A stretch of 24,000 bases of DNA from an uncultured Flavonifractor sp. (GTDB lineage Bacteria; Bacillota; Clostridia; Oscillospirales; Oscillospiraceae). Made by a program: the position numbers and the translations under genes. How positions within the stretch are numbered: the first letter of the stretch is position 1; each line of letters starts with the position of its first letter. Positions 13,535-22,406 of the stretch are shown here, one piece after another. Below the pieces are notes generated by a model. The model was given only the letters and a program-made list of their open reading frames with translations, did not search any database and was not told the DNA's origin. Location: NCBI RefSeq assembly GCF_944383115.1, contig NZ_CALWOJ010000014.1, positions 1 to 24,000 of the forward strand. Reading direction: 5' to 3'.

Positions 13535-15009
13535 AACTATATCTCAACGGCCACGACTACAAATACGCCGCCGAGCAGATGCTGCTGACCCTGTTTCCCG
13601 ACCAGCGGCCGGAGTACCCCGCCCAGCCCCCCGCCCCGGCGGAGGACGCCCTGGTTCTCTCCCTCAGCCGGGGGAGGCTGTGGGCCACCGCCACGGCAAA
13701 ACTGACCTGGCGGGGTAGGACATATCGGGCAAGCCGCCGGTGTAAACTGGAAGAGCTGGCCGACCGCCTCTCCACCAGCCGGGCGTTGCAGCGCATTTTG
13801 AAGCTGGCCTTCTACGACGCCGGGGTGGCCGCACGGGGGAACGAGCCCCCCTGGGGGGCGCTGACCGGCGTGCGGCCGGTGAAGATCCCTACCCGGGCCA
13901 TGCTGGCGGGAGCCACGCCGTCCCAGGCGGAGCAGGTACTCAAAGACACCTACCGGGTGTCCCCCCTGCGGCGGCGGCTGGCCATGGACTGCGCCCGGGC
14001 CAGTCTGGAGGCCCAGCGGAGCCTGAAACCGGAGGAGGTGTCCCTCTATGTGGGTATTCCCTTCTGCCCCACCCGGTGCGCCTACTGCTCCTTTGTGTCC
14101 GCCGACGTGGGCCGGGCCCTCAAGCTCATCGACCCCTTTCTGGACTGCCTTTCCCGGGAAATCAAGGCCACCGGCCAGATGCTGGCGGGGGCAGGCCTGA
14201 AAGTACGCACCGTCTACTTCGGCGGCGGCACCCCCACCACCCTGTCGGCCCTTCAGCTGGACCGGCTTATGGGGGGCCTCGCCGATTCCATTGACCTGTC
14301 CTGCTGCACCGAGTACACGGTGGAGGCGGGACGGCCCGACACCATTACCCGGGAAAAGCTGGAGGTCCTCTTCCGCCGGGGCTGCGGCCGGGTGTCGGTG
14401 AATCCCCAGACCATGCAGGACCATGTGCTGGCCGCCATGGGCCGGGCCCATCGGGCTGAGGACATCCGCAGGGCCTACGCCCTGGCCCGGGACAGCGGCA
14501 TCCCCTGCGTCAACATGGATCTCATCGCCGGTCTGCCCGCCGACAGCGTGGACGGCTTCCGTTCCTCCCTGGATCAGGTGCTGGCCCTGGCGCCGGAGAA
14601 TATCACCGTCCATACCCTGGCCATGAAGAAGGGCTCCCGGCTGATGGAAGAAGGAAGTGCGGTTCCCTCGGACGACGACGTGGCCGCCATGCTGGAGTAC
14701 GCCTGGTCTGCCCTGGGTGGGGCGGGGCAGATCCCCTACTACCTCTACCGTCAGAAGTATATGTCCGGCTCCTTTGAGAACGTGGGCTGGTGCCTGCCGG
14801 GCACCGAGAGCCTCTACAACATCTGCATGATGGAGGAGCTGCACACCATCGTCTCCCTGGGGGGCGGCGGGGTGACCAAGCTGGTCAACCCGGCCACCGG
14901 CTATATCGAGCGGGTTGCCAACCCCAAGTACCCCAAGGAGTATGTCGAGAAGATTGACGCCGTCTGCGCCGGGAAGGAGCAGGTGGCCCGCTTTCACAAC
15001 GGCCTGTAA
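13531..15009 (+). CDS. hemZ: HemZ-like oxygen-independent coproporphyrinogen dehydrogenase family radical SAM protein
   Basis: HemZ-type N-terminus MKLYLNGHDYKYAAEQMLLTLFP, radical SAM CPTRCAYCSF, YFGGGTPT, and a HemN-like C-terminus. Confidence 0.8.
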   Translation: MKLYLNGHDYKYAAEQMLLTLFPDQRPEYPAQPPAPAEDALVLSLSRGRLWATATAKLTWRGRTYRASRRCKLEELADRLSTSRALQRILKLAFYDAGVAARGNEPPWGALTGVRPVKIPTRAMLAGATPSQAEQVLKDTYRVSPLRRRLAMDCARASLEAQRSLKPEEVSLYVGIPFCPTRCAYCSFVSADVGRALKLIDPFLDCLSREIKATGQMLAGAGLKVRTVYFGGGTPTTLSALQLDRLMGGLADSIDLSCCTEYTVEAGRPDTITREKLEVLFRRGCGRVSVNPQTMQDHVLAAMGRAHRAEDIRRAYALARDSGIPCVNMDLIAGLPADSVDGFRSSLDQVLALAPENITVHTLAMKKGSRLMEEGSAVPSDDDVAAMLEYAWSALGGAGQIPYYLYRQKYMSGSFENVGWCLPGTESLYNICMMEELHTIVSLGGGGVTKLVNPATGYIERVANPKYPKEYVEKIDAVCAGKEQVARFHNGL

Positions 15010-15020
15010 GGAGGTTCGCC

Positions 15021-15965
15021 ATGTCTTATCAGCTGCAAGAGATCAACGAGAGCGTCCGTACCGACCCCAAAGGATTTCTGGAGGCCTGCGACGCCGCCTA
15101 TCAAAGCCGCATTGACTCCGCGGTGGACCGCATCCTGGAGCGGATGAAGGTAAGCCCCATCGTGCTGCTGTCCGGCCCCTCCGGCTCGGGCAAGACCACC
15201 ACCGCCCTCAAGCTGGAGCAGGAGCTGGAGCGCCGGGGTGTGAATACCCACACCATCTCCATGGACAACTACTATAAAACCCTCAACCGCAAGACCGCCC
15301 CCCGCACCCCCGAGGGGGACATCGACTACGAGTCCCCCCTGCTGCTGGACCTGGACCTGCTGGACGAGACCTTCTCCAAGCTGTCCCGGGGCGAGTGGGT
15401 GGTGGTGCCCAGGTACGAGTTTGCCCGCCAGATGCGCAACGACAGCCGGGGCACCTTTTTGAAGCTGGACAAAAACGAGATCGCCATCTTTGAGGGCATC
15501 CACGCCCTCAACGACGACATCTTCGGCCGCCACCCGGAGGCCACCGGCCTGTACATCTCCGCCCGCTCCAACGTACTGGAGGGGGAGGACCTGCGGTTTA
15601 AGGGCACCTGGATGCGCATTTCCCGCCGGTCGGTCCGTGACTATAATTTCCGGGGCACAGACCTTTTGGAGACCCTTCTGATGTGGTATAATGTGCGCCG
15701 GGGCGAAAAGACCTACATCTCCCCCTTCAAGAACCGGGCCAATATCATCATCGACTCCTCCCTGCCTTACGAGGTGTCGGTGTTCGCCAACTATGCCGAC
15801 GCCCTGCGGGAAGCGGTGGACCAGATCCCCGCCGACAACCCCCGCTATCATGAGTTCCACGATCTGGTGGACTCCTTCCGGTACTTTGAGCCGGTGGACC
15901 CGGCTCTGGTCCCTCCCGAGTCCCTCATTCGGGAGTTCATCGGCGGCGGAACGTACAGTTACTAA
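15021..15965 (+). CDS. Uridine kinase/PRK-family P-loop nucleoside kinase-like protein
   Basis: Walker A GPSGSGKTT, ISMDNYYK, IAIFEGIHAL, RISRRSVRDYNFRG, and ISPFKNRANIIID (Udk-like order of motifs). RBS GGAGG upstream. Confidence 0.65.
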   Translation: MSYQLQEINESVRTDPKGFLEACDAAYQSRIDSAVDRILERMKVSPIVLLSGPSGSGKTTTALKLEQELERRGVNTHTISMDNYYKTLNRKTAPRTPEGDIDYESPLLLDLDLLDETFSKLSRGEWVVVPRYEFARQMRNDSRGTFLKLDKNEIAIFEGIHALNDDIFGRHPEATGLYISARSNVLEGEDLRFKGTWMRISRRSVRDYNFRGTDLLETLLMWYNVRRGEKTYISPFKNRANIIIDSSLPYEVSVFANYADALREAVDQIPADNPRYHEFHDLVDSFRYFEPVDPALVPPESLIREFIGGGTYSY

Positions 15966-15971
15966 TAAAAG

Positions 15972-15998
15972 TCTAGGGGGGACTTTGTCCCCCCTAGA
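15972..15998 (+). other. Perfect 12-bp hairpin directly after the stop codon
   Basis: TCTAGGGGGGAC TTT GTCCCCCCTAGA. No U-tract follows. It is the first of four consecutive GC-rich hairpins in this spacer. Confidence 0.6.
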
Positions 15999-16097
15999 TA
16001 CAGCCCCGCCGCGCCGCAGGCGGCACAGCGGGGCTGATACCCCCCTCACCCGCGCCCACGCGGGTGGTTGCCCGCCGGTGGCGGAGCAAGCAGCGGT

Positions 16098-16136
16098 GTC
16101 CTGCGGCGAAATGAATTCGCCTGCGGACTTATTTTT
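16098..16136 (+). terminator. Rho-independent terminator candidate (end of the dtd-hemZ-udk-like operon, or attenuator before mrp)
   Basis: Stem GTCC...GGAC enclosing GGCGAA / TTCGCC (5-nt loop), followed by TTATTTTT (16129-16136). Confidence 0.55.
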
Positions 16137-16179
16137 ACTGAAATCTCTGGTAACAACATAGGAAAGAAGGAAAAATACC

Positions 16180-17001
16180 ATGTCTGAATGTACCCACAAC
16201 TGTTCCTCCTGCGGCGAAAGCTGCGGCGAGCGCACCGCTCCCCAGGATCTCCACGTTCCCGCCAACGGCCTGTCCCACATCGGCAAGGTCATCGCCGTGG
16301 TCAGCGGCAAGGGCGGCGTGGGCAAGAGCCTTGTGACCTCCTCCCTGGCGGTGGCCATGCGCCGCATGGGCAAGAAGGTGGCCATTCTGGACGCCGACAT
16401 CACCGGCCCCTCCATCCCCGCCGCCTTCGGCATCCACACCCGGGCCGAGGGCAGCGAGCTGGGCATCTACCCCGCCGAGACCCGCACCGGCATCGGCATC
16501 ATGAGCCTCAACCTGCTCACCGAGCATGAGACCGACCCCGTGGTGTGGCGGGGCCCCGTCATCGCCGGTACCGTCAAGCAGTTCTGGACCGACGTGATCT
16601 GGGGGGACGTGGACTATATGTTCGTGGATATGCCTCCCGGAACCGGCGACGTGCCCCTGACCGTGTTCCAGTCCCTGCCCATCGACGGCATTGTGGTGGT
16701 CACCTCCCCCCAGGACCTGGTGAGCATGATCGTCACCAAGGCCGTCAAAATGGCCGAGATGATGCACATCCCCGTGCTGGGCCTGGTGGAGAACTACTCC
16801 TACTTCCAGTGCCCCGACTGCGGCAAGCGCCACGCCATCTTCGGCGAGAGCCACATCGACCAGGTGGCCGCCGGCCTGGGCCTGAAGGTGCTGGCTCGGC
16901 TGCCCATGGATCCCGCCGTGGCCGCCGCCTGCGACGCCGGCAAGATCGAGGAGCTGGAGCAGAATTACCTGGCCGACGTGGCCCGCACCCTGGCGAAATA
17001 A
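16180..17001 (+). CDS. mrp: Mrp/NBP35 (ApbC) family iron-sulfur cluster carrier ATPase
   Basis: Deviant Walker A SGKGGVGKS, DADITGPS, DMPPGTGD, a CPDC cluster-ligand motif, and a Cys-rich N-terminus CTHNCSSCGESCGE. Confidence 0.9.
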   Translation: MSECTHNCSSCGESCGERTAPQDLHVPANGLSHIGKVIAVVSGKGGVGKSLVTSSLAVAMRRMGKKVAILDADITGPSIPAAFGIHTRAEGSELGIYPAETRTGIGIMSLNLLTEHETDPVVWRGPVIAGTVKQFWTDVIWGDVDYMFVDMPPGTGDVPLTVFQSLPIDGIVVVTSPQDLVSMIVTKAVKMAEMMHIPVLGLVENYSYFQCPDCGKRHAIFGESHIDQVAAGLGLKVLARLPMDPAVAAACDAGKIEELEQNYLADVARTLAK

Positions 17002-17122
17002 CCAATATCAGGCTTTACAAAACGTTCATATCCGGTTCAAAACGGGTTCACAGTGAGAGGTTAGGATAAGAACCGTGGTTGAGACATACCACTCCTCTCT
17101 TTCCTCTCTTTTTCAGATCTTG

Positions 17123-17170
17123 GAAACACAGGCCCGCAACAGGCGGCGGGCCTGTGTTTCTGCGTTTTAC
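17123..17170 (+). terminator. Strong Rho-independent terminator
   Basis: Perfect 15-bp stem GAAACACAGGCCCGC / GCGGGCCTGTGTTTC (17123-17137 / 17146-17160) with an 8-nt loop, followed by TGCGTTTT. Confidence 0.8.
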
Positions 17171-17192
17171 CTCAAAAAGGAGGGACAAGCCC

Positions 17193-17804
17193 ATGCCCAC
17201 CCGCGTCAAAAAACGCCGCCGTTCCCCTCTGCTGCCCGCCCTTGTCGTTCTGGTGCTGATGGGAGCAGCCTTCCTGATCTGGCGGCTGGCCTTCTCAGGC
17301 CCCCAGCCCTCGGGCAACCTGCCCGACTGGGTCACCGAAAAGCTGCTCCCCGTCAATCCCTACTCCCGGCCCGGCGAGCCTTTGGAGGAGGTCAACGGCG
17401 TGGTGGTCCACTATGTGGGCAATCCGGGTACCACAGCGGCCCAGAACAACAGCTACTTCAAAAACCTGGCCACCACCGGGGAGACTTACGCCTCCAGCCA
17501 CTTCCTCATCGGCCTGGACGGGGAGATCCTCTGCAACGTCCCCCTGGACGAGATTGCCTACTGCACCGGCCCCCGGAACGTGGATACCATCTCCATCGAG
17601 TGCTGCCACCCCGACGACACCGGGGCCTTTACCCAGGCCACCTATGACTCCCTCATCAAGCTGGTCCGCTGGCTCATGGACGAGTACCACCTGGATACCG
17701 ACCAGGTGATCCGCCACTACGACGTCACCGGCAAGGAGTGCCCCCGGTATTTTGTCCGAAACCCGGAGGCCTGGGAACAATTTCTGGTTGATTTAAAAGA
17801 ATAG
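17193..17804 (+). CDS. Membrane-anchored N-acetylmuramoyl-L-alanine amidase (Amidase_2/PGRP fold)
   Basis: Basic N-terminus plus a TM helix (LLPALVVLVLMGAAFLIW). VVVHYVGNPG, SSHFLIGLDGEI, ISIECCHPD and HYDVTGKECPRYF motifs. I chose the start at ATG 17193 with AAGGAGG upstream; the upstream TTG at 17079 would read through the terminator. Confidence 0.85.
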   Translation: MPTRVKKRRRSPLLPALVVLVLMGAAFLIWRLAFSGPQPSGNLPDWVTEKLLPVNPYSRPGEPLEEVNGVVVHYVGNPGTTAAQNNSYFKNLATTGETYASSHFLIGLDGEILCNVPLDEIAYCTGPRNVDTISIECCHPDDTGAFTQATYDSLIKLVRWLMDEYHLDTDQVIRHYDVTGKECPRYFVRNPEAWEQFLVDLKE

Positions 17805-17869
17805 TCCGTTTTATAGGACAGTTGATCCGGTATCCTGTGTATGACAACACAGGAAAGGAGCGCTGACCT

Positions 17870-17992
17870 ATGGAATTTGAACTTCGCTATGTAAACGGAC
17901 ACATTGAGGTGTACGACGCTGCCGGGGCCTTCCGGTTTTCCGCCGACTCCCAGGGGGAGGCGCTTGCGGAACTGGAGGATCTGGCCGCATGA
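17870..17992 (+). CDS. Small hypothetical protein (40 aa): MEFELRYVNGHIEVYDAAGAFRFSADSQGEALAELEDLAA
   Basis: ATG preceded by AAAGGAG with an 8-nt spacer. The ORF ends 6 nt before a strong terminator. It is below the 60-aa cutoff of the ORF track. I recognise no homology. Confidence 0.4.
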   Translation: MEFELRYVNGHIEVYDAAGAFRFSADSQGEALAELEDLAA

Positions 17993-17998
17993 AAACAG

Positions 17999-18033
17999 GG
18001 CCGGGCCGCGGTTCACGCGGCCCGGCCTTTCTT
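17999..18033 (+). terminator. Rho-independent terminator
   Basis: Perfect 12-bp stem GGCCGGGCCGCG / CGCGGCCCGGCC (17999-18010 / 18016-18027) with loop GTTCA, followed by TTTCTT. Confidence 0.75.
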
Positions 18034-18061
18034 GACACTTTGGCTGGATTTGGGGTAATAT
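18032..18061 (+). promoter_or_regulatory. Sigma-A type promoter candidate for parE/parC
   Basis: TTGACA (18032-18037), 18-nt spacer, TAATAT (18056-18061), about 70 nt upstream of the parE ATG. Confidence 0.5.
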
Positions 18062-18129
18062 AATACTGTATGCGTATCAAACAGCGCCGGCTCCAGGGCC
18101 GGCATCTTTGAGGATATGAGGAGAGGCCA

Positions 18130-20121
18130 ATGGCAAGAAGTTCTTCCCCCAAAAGTTACGGCAACGACTCCATTTCGTCCCTGAAGGGGGCCGACCGGGT
18201 CCGCAAGCGCCCGGCGGTCATCTTCGGCTCCGATGGGCTGGAGGGCTGCGAACACGCGGTGTTTGAGATCCTGTCCAACGCCATCGACGAGGCCAGAGAG
18301 GGCCACGGCGATCTCATCACACTTACCCGGTACGAGGACAAGTCCATCGAGGTGGAGGACTTCGGCCGGGGTTGCCCGGTGGACTGGAACGAGGCCGAGC
18401 AGAAGTACAACTGGGAGCTGGTGTTCTGTGAGCTGTACGCCGGCGGCAAGTACAACAACAACTCCGGCGACAACTACGAGTACTCCCTGGGCCTCAACGG
18501 CCTGGGCTCCTGCGCCACCCAGTACGCCAGCCGCTACTTTGACGCGGTGATCCACCGGGACGGCTTTGAGTACACCCTCCACTTTGAGAAGGGCGAGAAC
18601 GTGGGCGGCCTGAAAAAGGAGCCCTACTCCGGCAAAAAGACCGGCTCCAAATTCCGCTGGCTGCCCGACCTGGACGTGTTCACCGACATCGACATTCCGG
18701 TGGAGTACTACCTGGACGTGCTGAAGCGGCAGGCGGTGGTCAACGCCGGGGTCACCTTCCGCTTCCGCAACCAGGTGGGGGGCAAGTTCGAGACCACCGA
18801 CTTCAAGTACGAAAACGGCATTCAGGACTATGTGAAGGAGCTGGCGGGGGACAACCCCCTGACCCAGCCGGTGTTCTGGCAGACCGAGCGGCGGGGCCGT
18901 GACCGGGCGGACAAGGACGAGTACAAGGTGAAGCTCTCCGTGTCCTTCTGCTTCTCCAACACGGTGCAGATCATTGAACACTACCACAACTCCTCCTGGC
19001 TGGAGCATGGCGGCTCCCCGGAGAAGGCGGTGAAGTCCGCCTTCGTGGGGGGCATCGACGCCTGGCTCAAGGCCCAGGGCAAGTATCAGAAGAGCGAGAG
19101 CAAGATCACCTGGGCCGACGTGGAGGACTGCCTGGTGCTGGTGAGCAACAACTTCTCCACCCAGACCTCCTACGAGAACCAGACCAAGAAGGCCATCACC
19201 AACAAGTTTGTTCAGGAGGCCATGACCGAGTTTTTGCGGTCCCAGCTGGAGGTCTACTTCATCGAAAACCCCTTCGACGCCGCCAAGATCGGCGAGCAGG
19301 TGTTGATCAACAAACGCTCCCGTGAGAACGCCGAGCGCACCCGGCTGAACATCAAGAAGAAGCTGTCCGGCAATGTGGACATCTCCAACCGGGTGCAGAA
19401 GTTTGTGGACTGCCGTACAAAGGACACCACCCGCCGGGAGCTGTATATCGTGGAGGGCGACTCCGCTCTGGGCAGCGTCAAGCTGAGCCGGGACGCGGAG
19501 TTCCAGGGCATCATGCCCGTCCGGGGCAAGATTTTGAACTGCCTCAAGGCCGACTACGCCAAGATCTTCAAAAGCGAGATCATCACCGACCTTCTGAAGG
19601 TGCTGGGCTGCGGGGTGGAGGTCCACGACAAGCACGCCAAGGACCTGGCGGAGTTTGACCTGATGAACCTGCGGTGGAATAAGATCGTCATCTGTACCGA
19701 TGCCGACGTGGACGGCTTCCAGATCCGCACCCTGATTTTGACCATGCTCTACCGCCTCACTCCCACCCTCATCCAGCGGGGCTATGTGTATATCGCCGAG
19801 TCCCCCCTGTACGAGATCAACTACAAGGAAAAGACCTGGTTCGCCTACTCCGACGCCGAGAAGAACGACATCGTAAACGGCGAGCTGGCGGGCAAGAAGT
19901 GTTCCATCAACCGCTCCAAAGGTCTGGGCGAGAACGAGCCCGACATGATGTGGCTCACCACCATGAACCCGGAGACCCGGCGGCTCATCAAGGTCATGCC
20001 CGAGGATGTGGCGCGCACCGCCCAGGTCTTTGACCTGCTGTTGGGCGACAACCTCCAGGGCCGGAAGGACCACATCGCCGAGAACGGGTATAAATATCTG
20101 GAGCTGGCGGATATTTCGTAA
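18130..20121 (+). CDS. parE: Type IIA topoisomerase subunit B (ParE / topoisomerase IV B-like paralogue)
   Basis: GHKL ATPase (FEILSNAIDEA, GRGCPVD, GLNGLG), Toprim YIVEGDSALGS, PVRGKILN and DADVDGFQI. It is followed directly by the A subunit. Confidence 0.88.
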   Translation: MARSSSPKSYGNDSISSLKGADRVRKRPAVIFGSDGLEGCEHAVFEILSNAIDEAREGHGDLITLTRYEDKSIEVEDFGRGCPVDWNEAEQKYNWELVFCELYAGGKYNNNSGDNYEYSLGLNGLGSCATQYASRYFDAVIHRDGFEYTLHFEKGENVGGLKKEPYSGKKTGSKFRWLPDLDVFTDIDIPVEYYLDVLKRQAVVNAGVTFRFRNQVGGKFETTDFKYENGIQDYVKELAGDNPLTQPVFWQTERRGRDRADKDEYKVKLSVSFCFSNTVQIIEHYHNSSWLEHGGSPEKAVKSAFVGGIDAWLKAQGKYQKSESKITWADVEDCLVLVSNNFSTQTSYENQTKKAITNKFVQEAMTEFLRSQLEVYFIENPFDAAKIGEQVLINKRSRENAERTRLNIKKKLSGNVDISNRVQKFVDCRTKDTTRRELYIVEGDSALGSVKLSRDAEFQGIMPVRGKILNCLKADYAKIFKSEIITDLLKVLGCGVEVHDKHAKDLAEFDLMNLRWNKIVICTDADVDGFQIRTLILTMLYRLTPTLIQRGYVYIAESPLYEINYKEKTWFAYSDAEKNDIVNGELAGKKCSINRSKGLGENEPDMMWLTTMNPETRRLIKVMPEDVARTAQVFDLLLGDNLQGRKDHIAENGYKYLELADIS

Positions 20122-20135
20122 GAGGATGAAAGAAC

Positions 20136-22379
20136 ATGGCTAAGAAAAAGGACCCCCAGGAGGGGGCGAAAAAGGTCAACAACCCCAACGTCATGGGCCT
20201 GCGGCCCGAGGTGCTGGAGCAGCCCATCACCGAGACCCTGGAGCTCAACTATATGCCCTACGCCATGAGCGTCATCGTCTCCCGGGCCATTCCGGAGATT
20301 GACGGGTTCAAGCCCTCCCACCGGAAGCTGCTGTACACCATGTACCAGATGCACCTGCTGGGGGGCGCCCGCACCAAGAGCGCCAACGTGGTGGGCCAGA
20401 CCATGAAGCTGAATCCCCACGGCGACGCCGCCATCTACGACACCATGGTGCGCCTCTCCCGGGGCTACGGCGCCCTGCTCCACCCCCTGGTGGACTCCAA
20501 GGGCAACTTCGGCAAGGTGTACTCCCGTGACATGGCCTGGGCGGCCAGCCGTTACACCGAGGTGCGCTTAGACCCCATCTGCGCCGAGCTGTTCCGGGAT
20601 ATCGACCAGGACACGGTGGACTTTGTGGACAACTACGACGGGTCCATGCAGGAACCCACCCTGCTGCCCACCACCTTCCCCAACGTACTGGTGAGCGCCA
20701 ACCAGGGCATCGCCGTGGGCATGGCCTCCAACCTGTGCGGCTTCAACCTGGCCGAGGTGTGTGACGCGGCGGCGGCCTTCCTGAAAGATCCCAAGGTCAA
20801 CCTGATGGAGTACCTGAAGGCCCCCGACTTCCCCACCGGCGGCGAGCTTTTGTACGACGAGGCCGCCCTGCGGCAGATCTACGATACCGGCCGGGGCTCC
20901 TTCCAGGTGCGGGCCAGGTGGCGCTACCTCAAAAGCGAGAACCTCATTGAAGTGTACGAGATCCCCTACACCACCACAGTGGAGGCCATCATGGACAAGG
21001 TGGCCGAGCTGATCAAGGCGGGCAAGATCCGCGAGATCGCCGACATGCGGGACGAGACCGACCTGAACGGCCTGAAAATCACCATCGACCTGAAGCGGGG
21101 TACCGACCCGGACAAGCTGATGGCCAAGCTGTTCAAGTCCACCACCCTCCAGGACGCCTGCTCCTGCAACTTCAATATCCTCATTGCCGGGATGCCCCGG
21201 GTCATGAGCGTGGGAGAGATCCTGGAGGAGTGGACCGCCTGGCGGATGGACGGCGTGCGCCGGCGGACCTATTTCGTGATGAAGAAGAAGCAGGAGAAGC
21301 TCCACCTGCTCAAGGGCCTGAAAAAGATCCTGCTGGACATCGACCGGGCCATCAAGATCATCCGGGAGACCGAGGAGGACGCCGAGGTGGTGCCCAACCT
21401 GATGATCGGCTTCGGCATCGACAATATCCAGGCGGAATATGTGGCCGACATCAAGCTGCGCAACATCAACAAGGAGTATATCCTCAAGCGCATTGAGGAG
21501 GTGGCCGGGCTGGAGGAGGAGATCGCCGACCTCCAGGACATCGTCAATAACCCCGGCCGCATCAAGAAGATCATTGCCACCGAGCTGGCGGCGGTGAAGA
21601 AGAAGTACGCCACTCCCCGGCGCACCGAGATCGTTTACGACTATCAGGCCGCCGGCGCCGAGGCGGAGGAGGACGAGACCCCCGACTACGCCGTCCACGT
21701 CTTCTGCTCCAAAGAGGGCTACTTCAAGAAGATCACCCCCCAGTCCCTGCGCATGAGCAGCGAGCAGAAGTACAAGGAGGGGGACGGCCCCTGGCTGTAC
21801 TGGGAGGGGAGCAACCGGGATATGCTGTTGGTGTTCACCGACCAGCAGCAGTGCTACAAGGCCAGCCTCAGCGAGTTTGACGACGCCAAGGCCAGCGTGC
21901 TTGGCGATTTTCTGCCCACCAAGCTGGGCATGGACCCCGGCGAGGGCTTTGTGTGGGCCTGCCTGACCAGCGACTACTCCGGTCACCTGCTCTTCTTCTT
22001 TGAAAACGGCAAGGTGGCCCGGGTGGAGCTGGCCGCCTACCAGACCCAGACCAAGCGGCGGAAACTGACGGGGGCCTACTCCGACAAGTCCCCCCTGGCC
22101 GCCGCCCTCCATATCAAGGAGGACCTGGAGGTGGCAGTCACCTCCACCGAGGGCCGGTGCCTGGTGTTCCACACCGCCGCCCTCTCCCCCAAGACCACCC
22201 GCTCCACCCAGGGGGTCAACGTGATGAACCTCAAGCCCCGGTGGAAGGTGGAGAAGGCCGCGCCTCTGGCGGACACCACCGTGGTCAACCCCGCCCGCTA
22301 CCGGGCCAGGTCCCTGCCGGCGGCGGGGGCCCTGCTCAAGGAGGAGGACCGGGGGGAGGAACAGATCAGCCTGCTGTAA
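20136..22379 (+). CDS. parC: Type IIA topoisomerase subunit A (ParC / topoisomerase IV A-like paralogue)
   Basis: [34 protein letters not shown], and the active-site [10 protein letters not shown] (catalytic Tyr). The beta-pinwheel C-terminal domain is short and I found no GyrA-box (QRRGGKG), which favours ParC over GyrA. Confidence 0.88.
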   Translation: MAKKKDPQEGAKKVNNPNVMGLRPEVLEQPITETLELNYMPYAMSVIVSRAIPEIDGFKPSHRKLLYTMYQMHLLGGARTKSANVVGQTMKLNPHGDAAIYDTMVRLSRGYGALLHPLVDSKGNFGKVYSRDMAWAASRYTEVRLDPICAELFRDIDQDTVDFVDNYDGSMQEPTLLPTTFPNVLVSANQGIAVGMASNLCGFNLAEVCDAAAAFLKDPKVNLMEYLKAPDFPTGGELLYDEAALRQIYDTGRGSFQVRARWRYLKSENLIEVYEIPYTTTVEAIMDKVAELIKAGKIREIADMRDETDLNGLKITIDLKRGTDPDKLMAKLFKSTTLQDACSCNFNILIAGMPRVMSVGEILEEWTAWRMDGVRRRTYFVMKKKQEKLHLLKGLKKILLDIDRAIKIIRETEEDAEVVPNLMIGFGIDNIQAEYVADIKLRNINKEYILKRIEEVAGLEEEIADLQDIVNNPGRIKKIIATELAAVKKKYATPRRTEIVYDYQAAGAEAEEDETPDYAVHVFCSKEGYFKKITPQSLRMSSEQKYKEGDGPWLYWEGSNRDMLLVFTDQQQCYKASLSEFDDAKASVLGDFLPTKLGMDPGEGFVWACLTSDYSGHLLFFFENGKVARVELAAYQTQTKRRKLTGAYSDKSPLAAALHIKEDLEVAVTSTEGRCLVFHTAALSPKTTRSTQGVNVMNLKPRWKVEKAAPLADTTVVNPARYRARSLPAAGALLKEEDRGEEQISLL

Positions 22380-22406
22380 ACCGGCGGGAGAAATGAGGAA
22401 TCCCTG

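Noticed and set aside
15972-16066. Whether the stacked hairpins could be a CRISPR array, a tRNA, or the same family as the GTAG hairpins.
   Set aside because: The hairpins have different sequences, so there is no repeat-spacer periodicity. There is no cloverleaf or anticodon arm. None has a GTAG head (the first is CTAG-flanked). Sharing the CCCA loop with H3 is too little to link the families.
17076-17102. A minus-strand 8-codon ORF (MSQPRFLS) preceded by a double AAGAGAGGA SD-like repeat.
   Set aside because: It would need a minus-strand promoter inside the amidase 5' region, and no downstream minus-strand gene exists for it to regulate. The purine repeat is more simply the complement of the plus-strand CU tract.
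17079-17192. An upstream TTG (17079) or GTG (17075) start extending the amidase ORF by 38 aa.
   Set aside because: The extension reads through the 15-bp-stem terminator and the polypyrimidine tract and has no RBS. The ATG at 17193 has AAGGAGG upstream and yields a normal basic-TM N-terminus.
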